DNA of 64,000 nucleotides from Carcharhinus amblyrhynchos (Eukaryota), in assembly GCA_965287045.1 (NCBI GenBank), contig OZ336885.1, forward strand, positions 62,248,001 to 62,312,000. The letters run 5' to 3'. Position 1 is the stretch's first letter. The number at the start of each line of letters is the position of its first letter. The translations under genes and the position numbers were made by a program. Below the pieces are notes generated by a model. The model was not told the DNA's origin and made no database searches. It saw nothing but the letters and a program-made list of their open reading frames with translations. Below are positions 41,650-55,524 of this stretch, in pieces.

Positions 41650-42390
41650 ATGGCACACAAATGCCAGGACCAAAATGAAGCACCGTAACAACTGCCCCTT
41701 GACATTCAGAGATGGTACATCACTGAATTCCCCATATCAACATGTTGCCGTTACCATTGGCCAGAAACTCAACTGGACTCACCACATTAACACAGTAACT
41801 ACATAGCGCTCAATGGCGAGGAGTACCGTGGCGAGTAACTCATCTCCAGACCCCACAAAAATCCTACCCACCATATACAAGTCGCAAGTCAAGATTGTGA
41901 TGAAATACGTCCTATTTATCTGGAAAGATGCAGCTCCAAAAAAAGCCTCTAGGTGCTTGACGCCATCCAGGATAAAAAAAACGACTTGATTGGCAAAGAA
42001 TGTACACATTTCAGTCCCTCCACCACCTGCGGTCAGTCGCGGCAGTGTGCCACTGACGACAAGACGCACGATAGCAATTCACAAAGATTTTTCGACAGAA
42101 CCTTCCAAACCCACGACCACTTCCATTTAGAAGGACAAGGGTGGGAAAAACATGAGAACACCACCACCTGCATGTTCGGCTTCAAGTAACTCTTGGAAGA
42201 ATACAGCCGTTCTTACACAGTTGCTGGTTCAAAATCGTGCAATTCCCTTCATAACGTCTTTGTGATTCAACTTGCAGTACGGGGACTGCAACAATTCATG
42301 AAGGCAGCTCAACTCCGCGTTCCCAAGGACAACTAGGGTTGGACAACAAATGCTGGCCTGTCAGCGACGCACATGTCCCAGTAATGAAGA
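41650..42390 (+). mobile_element. CR1/L2-group LINE 3' fragment (shared with 58870-59600)
   Basis: QKLNWTHHIN, TIYKSQV and LDAIQDK motifs; tail shared with the SINE at 7965-8310. Confidence 0.8.
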
Positions 42391-42609
42391 AAGACATGGC
42401 AAGGAAAAAAAGATCAGAAGGAGGACTTGCAATAAGACGATTATCAAAATATACTATATAATTACCTTCTTTTTTCAAAGTTTTTTTTGTTTATTTTCGC
42501 AGGGTGTCGTCTGGCCATGGGTGCTAAGTGCTATGAATATATTAAAACTGAAGCTTTTGTTCCAATATTTCGTGCAGGTTGCCGCAATCACATTCTACAC
42601 GCCAAACCA

Positions 42610-44120
42610 ATTTACCAAAATTCGCTGGATTCCGGGGAAGTGCTGGAACATTGGAAAACGGCTAATGTTACGCAGCTGTTTAAAAACGTAGCAGACAAAA
42701 GGCGGGGAATTATAGGCCGGTTAGTGTAATGTCTGCAGTTGGAAAAAGGTTTGAATCCGTCATCAGAGAAGAAATAGCGAGGCACCTGGAAAGGAATGGT
42801 TTGATAACAGACACAGCACAGATTCGTTATGGGGAAGTGGTGTTTGACGAATTTATTGAATTTCTATCAGAATGTGACTAGGGCGGGAGACAGAGGGGAA
42901 CCGGTGGATGTGGTGTTTCTAGATGTTTAAATGGTGTTTGATAAGGTGTCACACAAAAAGTTGCTTCAGAAGGTTAGGGTGCATGGAGTTGGGGGTCAGG
43001 GGTTAGCGTGGATAGAGGATTCGTTGCCTAATAGGAGGGCGATAGTTGGTATCAATGGGTGCTATTCTGATTGGTGGTTGGTGACTAGTGGAGTGCCGCA
43101 GGGATCGGTGCTGGGGCCTCAGATATTTACCATTTATGTAGATGATCTGGAGGAGGGGGCTGTGTAGGGTGACAAAATTTGCTGATGACACGAAGATGAG
43201 TGCAAAAGCAAATTGCGCAGAGGATGTGGACAGTCTACACAGTGATCTAGATAGGCTGAGCGAGTGGGCGGGGACCTGGCAGATGGAATATAATGTTTGT
43301 AAGTGTGAGGTTATCCACTTTGCCAGAAATAATAGTAGGAGTGATTACTATTTAAAGGGCGAAAAGCTGCAGCATGCTCTGGTGCAGAGGGACCTGTGGG
43401 TACTTGCGCATGAGTCGCAAAAAGCCAGTCTGCAGGTGCAGCAGGTGATCAAGAAGAGAAATGGTAATCTGACCTTTACAGCGAGGGGGATTGAGTATAA
43501 ATACAGGGAGGTCTTGCTGCAACTGTACAGGGCACTGGTGAAGCCGCAGCTGGAGTATTGTGTGCAATGTTGGTCGCCATACTTGCGGAAGGATATTTTG
43601 GCCTTGGGGGGAGTGCAGAGGAGGTTCACTCGGCTGATACTGGAGATGAGGGGGATGATCTATGAAGAGAGACTAAATAGAATGGGTCTGCACTCGCTGG
43701 AGTTTAGAAGGATGAGGGGGGATCTTATAGAGATGTATAAGATAATGAAAAGGATGGATAGGGTAGAGGTAGAGAGATTCTTCCCGCTTAGAAAGGATAG
43801 CAGGCCTAGAGCGCACAGCCTCAAGATAAGGGGCGGGGCGGGGGGGGGGGGTGCAGTTTAGATCGGAGTTGAGGAGGAGCTTCTTCACTCAAAGGGTGGT
43901 GAATCTCTGGAATTCTCTGCCCGTTGAAGTGGCGGAGGCTACCTCGCTGAATATATTTAAGTCATGGGTAGATAGGTTTTTGACAGACAGGGACATTAAG
44001 GGTTATGAGAAAAGAGCAGAAAAGTGGAACTGATCAGCCATGATCTTACTGAATGGCGGGGCAGGCTCGAAGGGCTGGGTGGCCTACTCCTGCTCCTATT
44101 TCTTATTTTATTATGTTCTT
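42610..44120 (+). mobile_element. Young CR1 LINE inserted in the terminal exon of copy A
   Basis: [11 protein letters not shown] and KFADDTK motifs, 239-aa ORF; AACCA duplicated at 42605-42609 and 44121-44125; empty sites near 27810 and 59826. Confidence 0.95.
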
Positions 44121-47100
44121 AACCAGTAAAATCGCAACGTTCCACGATGCAGGATACATCGTGATGCTCATGTATCAATTGTTCATTCTGAAATTGCCCC
44201 TGTTCCTTCACATTTATCAGTAATGAATTCAACAGCCATAACTTCCGATGGAAACCCTGAAGAATCCGTTTGGAAGATGTGCAAGTTTGAGTGACAGTTA
44301 AGGAAACCTTCTCAAGTTATTGAAGTTCCATTGATGTTGGAGCGATAAAGCGTTGGGATGTGTTTCCAAACAGAAGAGTGGAACCTATTTCAATATGCTG
44401 TTGTTGATCGGAGCTTAATTTCCGTTGAACACACTTGCAGTGTTTCACTTGAACCGATAGATACCAAGTTGTACAATTTGTTGTACATTTTCCATGTAAC
44501 CAAATTTTAGCTCCCAATTTTAATGCATGTCTCGAGGTTTTTCATGTTGGAGAGAATATCTTCTGTTACGTTACCCTACTTAGAATTACTTCATTGATAT
44601 TGTCTCCAGAATGAATCATTAGATCTGATAATCCATTGCAAAACAATTATTCTAGATCAAATAACTCATGGATATATCATTCGACATAGATATACTGGCA
44701 TTGCTCGATGTGAAATCTGACGTCATCTTTTTTTTTGCTGGACAGAGATGACGATCCAATCATCTCCAGTTGCAATAATTACATGTAGTGTGTTATCACT
44801 CCAAAATAGAGTTCAGCCTTCAATATGTTTTACAATCTGAAAGGCCAGCCAAGTACACCTATCCTAGATTTACCCAATAGGCATTTATGTGCATTCTTCT
44901 GTAATGAACGAAACTTTTCCAGTCGTTTTAAATTGAACCAACAAAGCTCTGACTCAGTCCAACGTTACCATTCCATTCCATAAATCAATCGTTTATTTCT
45001 CGATGGTAACCCTGGAGGTTATTTTGCTGAGGTAACGCCCAGGGAATATTTCAGCATTGTGCTCTCATAATGCTCGGCCATCAGCCACTGCACCGGCCTT
45101 TCATCCAGCACTTTTGGAGGAGTAAAGCCGACAGGTCCTACTTCTGGGAATAAAAAAAAATCACACACCTTTATGGAAAAGTGCAAGAAAAACAATGAAA
45201 TGTTACTTCTTCTTTGTTGCAATTCGGTACAACACAACTCATCTGATTTGAGTTCGTGCCAGTTGAAATGCCTGTACAGGAGAAACAATATGATAAATAC
45301 GTCATTGAGCATGTTTTCACATTTAATGTCGCATGATCGAAATGTGATCTCTCTTCACATGGCACAATTTGATGCAGATGGGTTGGAGCAGCACATCTCC
45401 TATCGAATTTTCTTACAAACTTGCGACACCATTTTAAAGGAGAAATATTGCCGGATTAATTTGGAGAAAAAAAAAGATCATTAACTTTCTTACAAGTACC
45501 AACTGCTAGATATGACACGGCAGAATGCCGAATGAAGATTCCGCAATTTCCTGATTGTTGCGCGTAAATGCTTGTCAGAAATGCACACACTACTGGAAAC
45601 GAGGTTGTTTTCCTATTTTGAGGTGCACATTTCTGGCATTGTCCGTGAAATATGGCGTGCGTATATTTTGTTTACATTAAATCTTCCGCCACATTGTATT
45701 GAATATACAAAGTGGCAGGCATGGGATTAATATTTCTTTTTTTTTTAGCCCCTTCGCACATACTTCATTGATTTTCATTGTTGGTATTCTTTGATGCCCA
45801 CAACAGTTCGAAACGCCAATTATTTAAGGAATTGTACTTTTTTGATATAAATAATGACATCATTCATGGGTCCCAAATGCACTGTCCCATTGCGTCTCAC
45901 CAGAACAATCGTGCCTCACATGCATGCATGATTTATTTTTCACATATTTTGCCATTTTTGATCATAAGCCTCCAGCATGATCTGTTTTTTTTTTCAAAAG
46001 ATGGTAGTCTTTGTCGAAACCCAAAGGCAGATAAAATCAAAACTAAGTGGCCGTTAGATAAATGGAGGAAACTTACGGTGAAAGGTATAATCTCTGTGAC
46101 ACACGTGTTTATATTTCCACCTTCTTCCTCATTCCCCTTTTACTTATTAATGTGTGTTTGGGCAGAAAATAAAATCTGTCCTTTTTTTTTTATTTCAGCG
46201 TGCACTTTCCAATGCATTCTGAAGCAAAAGTAGCATTGGTCTGTTGATGAGACGTTAATAATCAAAATGTGGCCATCTGAGTGTGGGAGTGAATCTGGGA
46301 TCATTAACTCATCAACGAAGTGCTTGATCCAGTATTATTGAACGATATCTACTGTTCTCTATTTACCCTTTCACTGCTGAACAACCTACTAAGTGATAAA
46401 ACCAAATATCTCATGTGTATAAATAGTTTTATCTTCCGTAAATAAGTTACACATGGAATGCTGAGAGATGTAAGTTGACGTCTCCAAATAAGGGGCTTGA
46501 AAGTGTATGCTATGTCAAAGGCCTCAGAGAGTAAAACGGTCGATTTTCAGACGCAAAAAAGAACAAAATGTCTGAAATCCATGTTCCAGCTTAGAAAAGA
46601 GTAAAAAAAAAAGTTTCAAGCAAACGCATCTCGAAGTAATACAATCATGTATTCCCGCCTCACAATGAACACGCTTTCTAACATTGGCTTCCCCAATCAT
46701 TACGATGCGGATGCAAAAACTTGGATTTCAAACAGCACCATTATTTTAAACACACACACCAAGCGATAGTTAGTAGATGGACCACTCCGTAACAATCCAA
46801 TGGACCATGCACATCACCAGAGAAAAACAGTCATTCGAACAGGGAGGAAGTGACACAGTGATATTTTCACAATACTCGACCCAGACACCCAAGAGAAAGC
46901 CTTGGGAACTGTGCTCGAATCCCATGTGGTGGATGGTAAAAATATAATTCAACAAAACATGTGTACTTAAAATCTAATGATGACCATAAAATCATTGCCG
47001 ATTGCCCCCTCCCCACATGCGCCAACACGCACACATATAAAAAAAACCTGCTCCACTGGACAAGAGAATTTGGCACTCATATCCAGTCTCGCCCAAAAGT

Positions 47101-47279
47101 GACTCCTGATCCGTAAAATAGACAATTGAATCTCAAGTGCCTACGGAAATGAAGAGCAAACACGAATGAACACTTAATGCTGTGCTCAGCCCTCAACGCC
47201 AACATTCGACAAAATAGCACCGCGGCCCCGATGATATTCCTAACGATGATATCACTCAGCATCCCATCCCTTCCATCGA

Positions 47280-47800
47280 AATAACTCTAAGCTTCTCGCT
47301 TTCCAAATATGCCACGGAACAGCCCACTGCCCTGAATGCACGAACGCTACCGATCCCGCAGTCCCATTATATGATCCACCTCACGAGAAGTGAATGACCG
47401 CAGCACCCTCCTGGAAGTGCACCAATCCCTAAACTACCCAGCCCAAACAGGCGCGAGAAACTCCTCCCGACCCAAACACTTGTCAGAGCCGACAACCGTC
47501 AAACTGAAGAGTTCAAGAAACGATTAGCATCGAAATTGCCCACCCAATGTCGCACCACATGATCAGATCTGCCCCCACACCCGCCACGTTGACCATATAC
47601 ATGGCACAAATTCATTCGAACCAGCAGTTCCTCAAGTATATTCTCTGAATCCTGTTGACCCCCAATCTATTGCACATCCCAACATAGCTAGCAGGCTTCC
47701 CCCTCCAACTTGTCGACCAGATACGGGAGGAGAACGACATAACCTTACTCCATTAGCTGCCCCTTGCAAGATTGACAAGTGGCATGTTCGTAGCCACATT
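47280..47800 (+). mobile_element. Possible L2-like endonuclease remnant (also 63600-64000)
   Basis: ALNARTL motif and C/A-rich composition; weak. Confidence 0.3.
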
Positions 47801-48007
47801 CACATAGTCCATTCATGTATCTCAAAATTTTACATTCTAACTTTCAATGGGATATTTAAACTGATTTACTTAATGCCACAATCAATGCTGTGGAAACGCG
47901 GCATGCTAGGATTTACTCCACTCATTTTGCACTTTGGTGCATTGGCCCACAAATAGCATTGCTTCTGTTGTCTCACCATGTATGACTGAATCATTTCCAC
48001 AATACAG

Positions 48008-48914
48008 CTTCTGCCCATTTTGAGCACGGCGAAGTCGCTTCTTTGGAGATGAAATACGCTGCTGGATCACCACGCCAAGGAAGTTGTGGTAAAATTGTTT
48101 AAAACGATCTGTGCTTTTTTCATAACCCCATATCCTTTTATGAATTCATCTGTCAGCGATAACTGAGAATCTGATGGATTCCCACATGCAATATTCACAT
48201 TAGACAGCACGAGTCAGCCACATGTAGGGAAAATTATCTCCTCAGCAGTTCAGGTGAGTTTTTTATTGGATCGCGAGCTATAGTTCTGCTATGCCTTCTG
48301 AATCGGACTCTGCTGCAAACTTTGTCAATAGTACATGCCTTCTAACCCTTTACGAATTTGTACAGCTCTTTCGACTCTCCTCTTAATCCTCATCGCTGGA
48401 GCAACATTGTCAATGTTCCCATATTATTTTTTCGGAAATGTATGCACAACCCTACGATTTCTGCTATGCAGCGAAGGTCAAATCCATCTCGCGTTTTATA
48501 AGTCAATACTATTCACCCCTGTTTGCATTCCAATAATCTGGTAAGTAATTGGTGCAAATTATCAGTTTCTCATGCCTTCAAATCTGTGTGCGTGCGTGTG
48601 TGTGTGCGTGTGTGTGTGTGTATTTGACTGTGCGCATGTCTGCGAATGTAGCCATTTGTTGCAGTTTTCTCAGATCGTAAATTTAAATTGAGCGCGATAT
48701 CACTTACATTTGGGGAATGCTGTGCCAAGAAATGCAATTCCCACTTCTGAAACTCACTCAATGTTTTCTCTTCTGCCATATGCCTGTCACTTTGATTACT
48801 CGTTCGAGAGCTCCAGAAGTCTGTCTCGATTCTACAGGACTGTCCGCTTGTTGTTTCATTCAGCAGACCGGTCTGTGCAGGCAGTGGAAGTATCCCCTGC
48901 CTGCTTCAACGATG
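48008..48914 (+). pseudogene. Upstream candidate exons of copy B: 48008-48088 (81 nt, open), ~48157-48253, 48366-? (hydrophobic), 48472-48540 (69), 48867-48914 (48)
   Basis: Donors GTAAAA, GTGAGT (48254) and GTAAGT (48541); CTAAC branch point plus acceptor at 48365 followed by LSTLLLILIAGATLSMFPYYFF. Single copy, so no comparative support. Confidence 0.4.
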
Positions 48915-51654
48915 GCACTAAATTCAATCAGCCGATTAACTAAGCGATTAGTACAATAGTGACTGGTGGCAACATAATTGAGTTATTCTCATCATTTCAC
49001 TGCTTAAAAAATGCTACTGAAATATCAGTGTTAAATTGATAACATTCTGCGCTCTTTGCATACTCATCTTCGAAGTGCTACAGAACGTACACTTAGGACA
49101 GACACTTTATCCGCTGATGTTTAGGAGGAAACGCGATTAGGATGACAATGGAGGAGATGGAGAAGCTTGAAAATTACACTGGTTAAGGAGTTGAACTAAA
49201 TATTACTGTCACATAGTTGATTGTCTTGCTAGCAATCTGGTAACAACCGTACAATTATGTCAATCTGCAGAATCCACTGAGACAATAACGAACATCTGTC
49301 GTTTTATAGAAATGCAATCAATCACTTAGTTGGTGGAATGCCAGGAAAACACGAAGTTTTTTTTTGCGGTATATGAGTTTCTAGTTACGCCATACTCTTC
49401 ACTCTATCAACAACATTGGTCGTCAAACATTTGCACTGCCAGACAGGTGAAGATCCAACAATGAATAGCTAACGTTTGGTCGAAGAACACGTCTTTTTGG
49501 AATTAATGTTAAAGGGGATGAGCAAACACCATATTTTGGAAAGTATTTCCCACATCTAAAGAGCAAAATTTTGAAAGCAAATGTACAAGTCAGTAAGGAG
49601 AACGAGAAAATACGGATGAAAACATCCCAACGGGTTGCAGGTTTTCTGAGGAAAACTACAAACAACACATTTAATTTAGTCAATGTCATTGTACAATTTG
49701 CCGAGCTGTTTTTTCTCCATTTCGAAAGCAATTGGTACATGAGAATTAAAGCATGTTTGGTGAATATGCACGAATGGAACTGCTACGGCGCCCCAATCAT
49801 GTCATTAATTCACTTCATTACAACAAACCGAAATATCTCGAAACAGGATGGTAAACCAGTCATCCTGAATATGTTTCCTTTCAATAACGAGTCAACTTCG
49901 GGACGTTTTCTTTCTGGTAGCCTCTGATCTTCTACAAAATCATTTATGTGAAGTCGAATAGGTGACAAATGCACCCTTCAACTGGGAGAGTCACATTGGT
50001 CTGGCCGTTAAAGTTTTGACAGTGAACCGAAGCAACAAGAATGCCAACGACAGAAATTTGAAGACGCCTCTGCAATTCTATAGCTTAAGTGTCGAGCCAT
50101 CTAACAAAATGGGTAAGAGCTCTGCATTCACTCTTGTAAGCAAATGAACTCATCTCTGCAGTTGAAATTTCAGAACATTTACATATATTGTTTTCAGCGA
50201 GATTTTTTTTTTACTTTCCAGAGAGAAATTTGGTGGCACAAACTGGCCCTGGAAAGCAGCATTCAGTTAAGAATAGTACATCTGGGCTTGTGGTTCGGGA
50301 ACAGAATGATGTTACTCACGTAAGCGTTGTGACGGAACAGGGTTTATAAAAGGCAGGAGCCATCTTTGGACTCATTATTGCAACTTATCACAAATTTCTT
50401 GTCGGAGCTATCATAAAGCATGCCAAATTCAATGTGTGAAACGGGCTGAAGTTTGAAGAACAACCGTTTTGTGCGGGTGTTCATACTGAAGTTTCGGTAT
50501 TTATGTATATATACATATATCGATAAATAATATATATGCATACAGATACCGTGAAACTGCAACATCTGTTTCGAGATCGATAGAATTCTTTCAAGAGGAC
50601 AAATCCTCTCTGCATAAACCCTCTAATACATTATATATATAATATGTATATATAATATATAAAAAGTTAATACGTCTGGAAACAGCGATTGATGCAATCA
50701 CCAGCATGTGGAAATCAAATGATTCAGGAGAGAAAACATATTTGTTTTTTTTTCCTTTAACTCCCTTAGCTTACAATTCAGTTGCATCTTTGAGGAATGA
50801 CAATAGTTTTTTTTAAATCGATATAAAATCTTCAGAGGTAATTAGCAATAGCGAAAAAAATTGTGTAACATAATGCAACATATGATTCTTGCATTTTGCA
50901 GCAAATGGTTAAAGTGAGAAAGCAAAAAAAAACAGGCAACATCCATTAAAGTCGTGGAAAAAAAAAGTTAGGAAATTTAACGTAACGATGAGTGAGAATG
51001 AGCGTAGTAGCTTGTCCGCCAATCAACAGAATCATGGCTTCACTTCTTTTGGCCTCGGCACGACATTTCTTCTCTTTCAAAATTGCATTTCAACCAATTA
51101 CGAATAAAATATTTGTCCACCTCCTCCTTACATTTACTGACTGTCCCGACATCCAACTGCCGTTTGAGGTATTGAAATGAAGAGTTGCATGCGGATGGAA
51201 TGAATTAATTTCATATGATCTATGTTTTTAAGCTTTCGAGAGCTTATCGTTGACTACACCATGTGTTTCGAGATCGATGGAATTCTTTCAAGAGGACAAA
51301 TCCGCTCTGCATAAACCCTGTAATACATTTCAGAATTTGGTAAGTCCCGATCACATTGTCCCTCACTACTAAACTGGAGGGGTAGAAGGCTCAAACTATC
51401 GCTTTTAAACACTTCAGCCATCTCTGAAATTCATTCTGGTGAGCCTTCTCTGAAATGCATCTAACGCAATTACATAATAACAAGTACCATCACCAAAAAA
51501 TGTGCACAATTTTCCATGTGCGCTGCTCGTAATTGTATCTACTTTTTCCTGCAAAACTCAACCACTTTCTTCCTACGTTACTTTAGCATCGAATGCCAAA
51601 ATTCAGTTTTCCTTCCTCATTAACTGGGAAATGTATATACACGTTTGCTGCATA

Positions 51655-53900
51655 TAAGGGAGTGCTGTTGTCAGCTGACCACCATTTCGCAGAAGCTGAG
51701 CGCCAACTCTCAAATACTTAATTTTGCATTCCCCTGGACCATGATCACACCACTGAACATCAAGCTATTATCTGCAATGCCGTGACCAACATCACTTCCT
51801 CCGGCTGCCCTCCGCCCACAGCGTTCAACCTCATATTCGCTCAATCCTGGACTGCCTGTTCCTACGTACTTCCGAAAATCCACAAAACAGGACTGTTCTG
51901 GTAGGCCATTTGTGCCAGCATGTTCCTTCCCACGAAACTAATTTCCTCTTGTCTTGGTCGCATCCTCACTCCACTGGTCCATTCCCTCCCTACCTACATC
52001 TTAAATTCATCGGATGTTGTACATCATATTGACAGCTTCCAGTTTGCAGGCCCTAAGCGCCTCCTACTCACCATCGGTGTGTAATCATTCTTCACCTCCA
52101 TCCCACACCACGATCACTTGAGGGTTTTTCTCCTTTCTTTTTTGAAAAACAATCCTGAACAATTCTCATCCAAAACCAGTCTTCTCCACCTGGCGGAACT
52201 CATTTTTCTCTGAAGAACTTCTCCTGTAACTGGTCCCTCTTTGTCCAAATCAAAGGCGAAGATATGCGGACCTGTTAGGTCCCTGCAATGTTAGTCTTTT
52301 TTTTTCTCATGGGTTGCGGGAAATATTGTTTGTTTCAGGCCTCCGCTCCCACAACTCCTTTAAAAGTGTATCAGTTAGTATTTCGGTGCGGATTCATGCT
52401 CTCATGGTTGCTGGGGCAGGGGGCGGCGGGGTGGGCGGGGGGGGGGGGGGAGAATCAACTTTCCTCCCAGTTTCCACCCATCTAGCACCTTCACCTGGTT
52501 CACCTCAGGCCCATGTCTTTCCTTCCTTCGCATTTCTGTCTCCATTTCTGCCAACACTCTTTCTAGCAGTACTCGTTAAAAGCCCAATCACACCCGGAGA
52601 AATCTGGACCACATTCATTGCATCTTTTATCTTCTGAATACCCAATAACCCTTTCCCTCAGCTCCTTGGCATCTGTCGCATTTCTCCAGCCGATGTCAAT
52701 TTCCAAGGTGATGCATCTGACATATGCTCCTTCCGCAACCATGGCTTCCCACTACAGTGGACGACAGGGTTCTCAACAGCAGGCGACCCATTTCCTGCGC
52801 TCCTACCCTCAACCCCTCCCCTGCTTCCCAATACAACGCTAAATTCCCCATTGTTCTTGCGTATCACCCAACCAACTGCTACATGCAAAGCATAATCCTC
52901 CACCATTTTTGCCGAACACAGTGTGATGCCACCGTCAAACGCGCCTTCACTTCACTCCCTCTATCACAATTCCACAGAGATTGTTCTATCAAAAATACCC
53001 TAATTCAGTCCTCCACGAGAAATAACAACTCTCCCATTACCCATGGTACTTTCCCATTGAATCACAAAAGCTACAATGCCTGCCTCTTTACCCCTTCAAT
53101 ACTTATCATCCAAGTTTCAAACTACTCATTCAAGTTGCAGCATGGCTTGCAGCTTCTTCAAATTGGCCTATTACACACACTGCTTCTCATCTTGTCTCCT
53201 CCATATCGGAGAAACCTAACGTAGACTGGGTGATCACTCATCTGAGCACATTTGGTCTATGCGCAATCATAACTCTGACTTCACATTTTCACACGGAATC
53301 TTTCTCCCATGCCCACATATCTGTTATTGATCTGCTGCAATGTTCAAGTGAAGCTCAACACATTCAGGGGAAAAAAAAAACAGCTCACACCTTGAGCTCG
53401 GCACATGACAGCGTTCAGCAACTCCTGATGATTGGCTTTACCCCATCTCGAAACCTTTTTTTATTTACTTTTTATTTTTTTTATTTTAACTGTTCCTTAC
53501 TTTTCCTTCATTATTGTCTATCTTCATTTTTCTCCAGGCTACAATTCCCTCCCCAAACCCCTCATCCCCTCTTTCCGTATATATCCTCCCCTATTGCTTC
53601 CTTTTTCACCATATTTTCAACTTTACACCCTCCAGTCCATAAATCGTCATCTGCCACACCTAACTCTCTGATTTCAATTTTTTCTTCGTTTGGTCAACCA
53701 CATCTTCTAATTTACCACAGACTTCCATTACCAGCCTTTCCTCCTGTTTTGTGCCTATATATTCCTTCACCCTGCAGTGTATGCAATTCCCATTTTGTAA
53801 GCATTTTACCTTTGACAAGGGACCTGGGCTCCAAACGTCTGTTTATTTTTCTTCTCTCTCCTTGCAGATGCTGACAGACTTGCTGAGATTTTCCATCTTT
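51655..53900 (+). mobile_element. Penelope-like element, copy B counterpart of 30757-32970
   Basis: YVLPKIHK, GRPFV and GIY-YIG remnant; same insertion site as in copy A. Confidence 0.85.
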
Positions 53901-55451
53901 TATTTTCTTTTAGTTACAAGTTTGTTGCAATTATACACGAGCAAAACCAAAACTTCTATAGCCGAACACTCTGAAGTTTCTTTCAGTTTAGAATTAAACT
54001 GCCTTTCCATCGTATTTTTCCGACCAAAATCGATAAATTCGTGTGTTTCAATGTTCAATTCCATGCAGCAAATGTTGGCCCATCCAACAATAATATTAAA
54101 TTGAAAATGCAACTTTGTTTTATGATTTTAATTCCTATTTCTTTTGTGTTAACTACAAATTAGCTGTGCTATCTTACATCCTGGGCTCCATGTCAATCAT
54201 ATGCAACATAATTATTTGGTAGCCCAAGAACTAATACTATGACCCCTCACGTGGTCCCCCGTGCCAACCGAAAAAAAAAGGCCCATATATCCCAACTTTC
54301 TGTGTTCTGGTTTTTCACAAGATATCAGGTCATTCCTAACTCCACGTGATCTTATCATGTGAATTAAGTTTTAGTGGCGCATCTAGGCAAATGTCTTCAA
54401 AAAGTCCATTCTCCACCTAATTCCAGTTGAGAAACAGCTGCGCTCGCCACCCCATCGCCACCACCCTCCCCCCCGCCCCCCCTCCGCGACTCCGCCCGCC
54501 CTCCGGCCTCCTCTGAAGTTTCTCATTGGAGCGTGTTAGGGAATCCGTGTATTCAGCTGAAATTCTGTTCCATGAGTGTGCATTTTTCTCCGACACCTTC
54601 TGCTTTCAAAATTTCTCAGTCCAGCAGTAACAATAATACAAAAAAAAATGAATATACAGCATCAAAGTAAACATTTATTTTCATACGCAAACTTGTTCCA
54701 GAGGTAGGATCATGTATATGGACCGCTGCACATTGGAAAAATAAATATTGAAAGTTACTCAGGATTATACATTTCAAGGTCAAAGCTTAATTTATTTGTA
54801 ACTTTGTAGTTTTTTTTAATATATTGTATATGTGTTCTAAGTTATACATAAGAGGCCAAGTGAAACACTTTGTTTGCTCACCTTCGTATAAATATCAATT
54901 GCAGGGTTTGATGACTATTTCCAAAGTAGAACAGTGTGTCTGTTATGTATCGTAACACTTCCAAAACTATTCTGCATCTTGCTCTCGGGAAATTTTTTAT
55001 ATTTTTTCACCACAAATTTGCTCTCTTTATTCCTTACCAAATCAGCACAGCCTCAAATTGATATGAGTCTATGCTTACGAGGTACTCAACACCTCTGGAT
55101 ATATAACTGACAAACCAAGTTCTCCGGCAATGGCCTCTCAGTGAAGGTCTGCGAAACAATCCATGTGTCTACTTTTTTCGTGTTAACTGACTTCGTTTTA
55201 TTCCCTAATCCGTCCAAAATTCTGGTCCAGAGCTTTTACACTTTATTTAATGACCATAACTCATTTCACTTGCCTGATTCGTTTATGTCAAACAATGTTG
55301 ACATCTTCTGTCATTTCATTTTATTTATTGCTAACAATGGGACTAATCACTAACATTCATTTTTACCCTCCCCTTAAAGGTTATTCTTCTTATTGTCACA
55401 TGCAACTTTACTTCACCCTGACGCCCTCATACGATACACACGCACAAACAT

Positions 55452-55452
<1 letters not shown>

Positions 55453-55515
<63 letters not shown>

Positions 55516-55524
55516 ACACACACA
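55453..55524. repeat. (CA)n microsatellite (shorter homolog at 36037-36058)
   Basis: Direct observation. Confidence 0.95.

Larger units (their letters stand above)
29168..44164 (+). pseudogene. Copy A exons: 29168-29194 (27), 29265-29456 (192), 29563-29607 (45), 39639-39674 (36, xLEKFNEELRSA), 39741-39768 (28), terminal 42503-44164 split by CR1
   Basis: Donors GTAAAT, GTAAGT, GTTAGA, GTACGT, GTAAGC; acceptors mutated to AA (27- and 28-nt exons) and GG (192-nt exon); CR1 inserted in the last exon. Confidence 0.65.
28801..47691. repeat. Segmental tandem duplication, copy A
   Basis: Colinear with 49455-64000 (roughly 80-90% identical by eye) apart from copy-specific insertions and deletions. 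Confidence 0.95.

Noticed and set aside
46199-46760. Ig V-like (GETLIIK) and C1-like (MYSRLTV) snippets, also at 62510-63070
   Set aside because: Lack properly spaced Cys/Trp and need frameshifts; compatible with chance
46853-46885. CACAGTG heptamers (also ~63162, 17182, 39246) as RSS of an Ig/TCR cluster
   Set aside because: No ACAAAAACC nonamer at 12/23 spacing and no V, J or C exons
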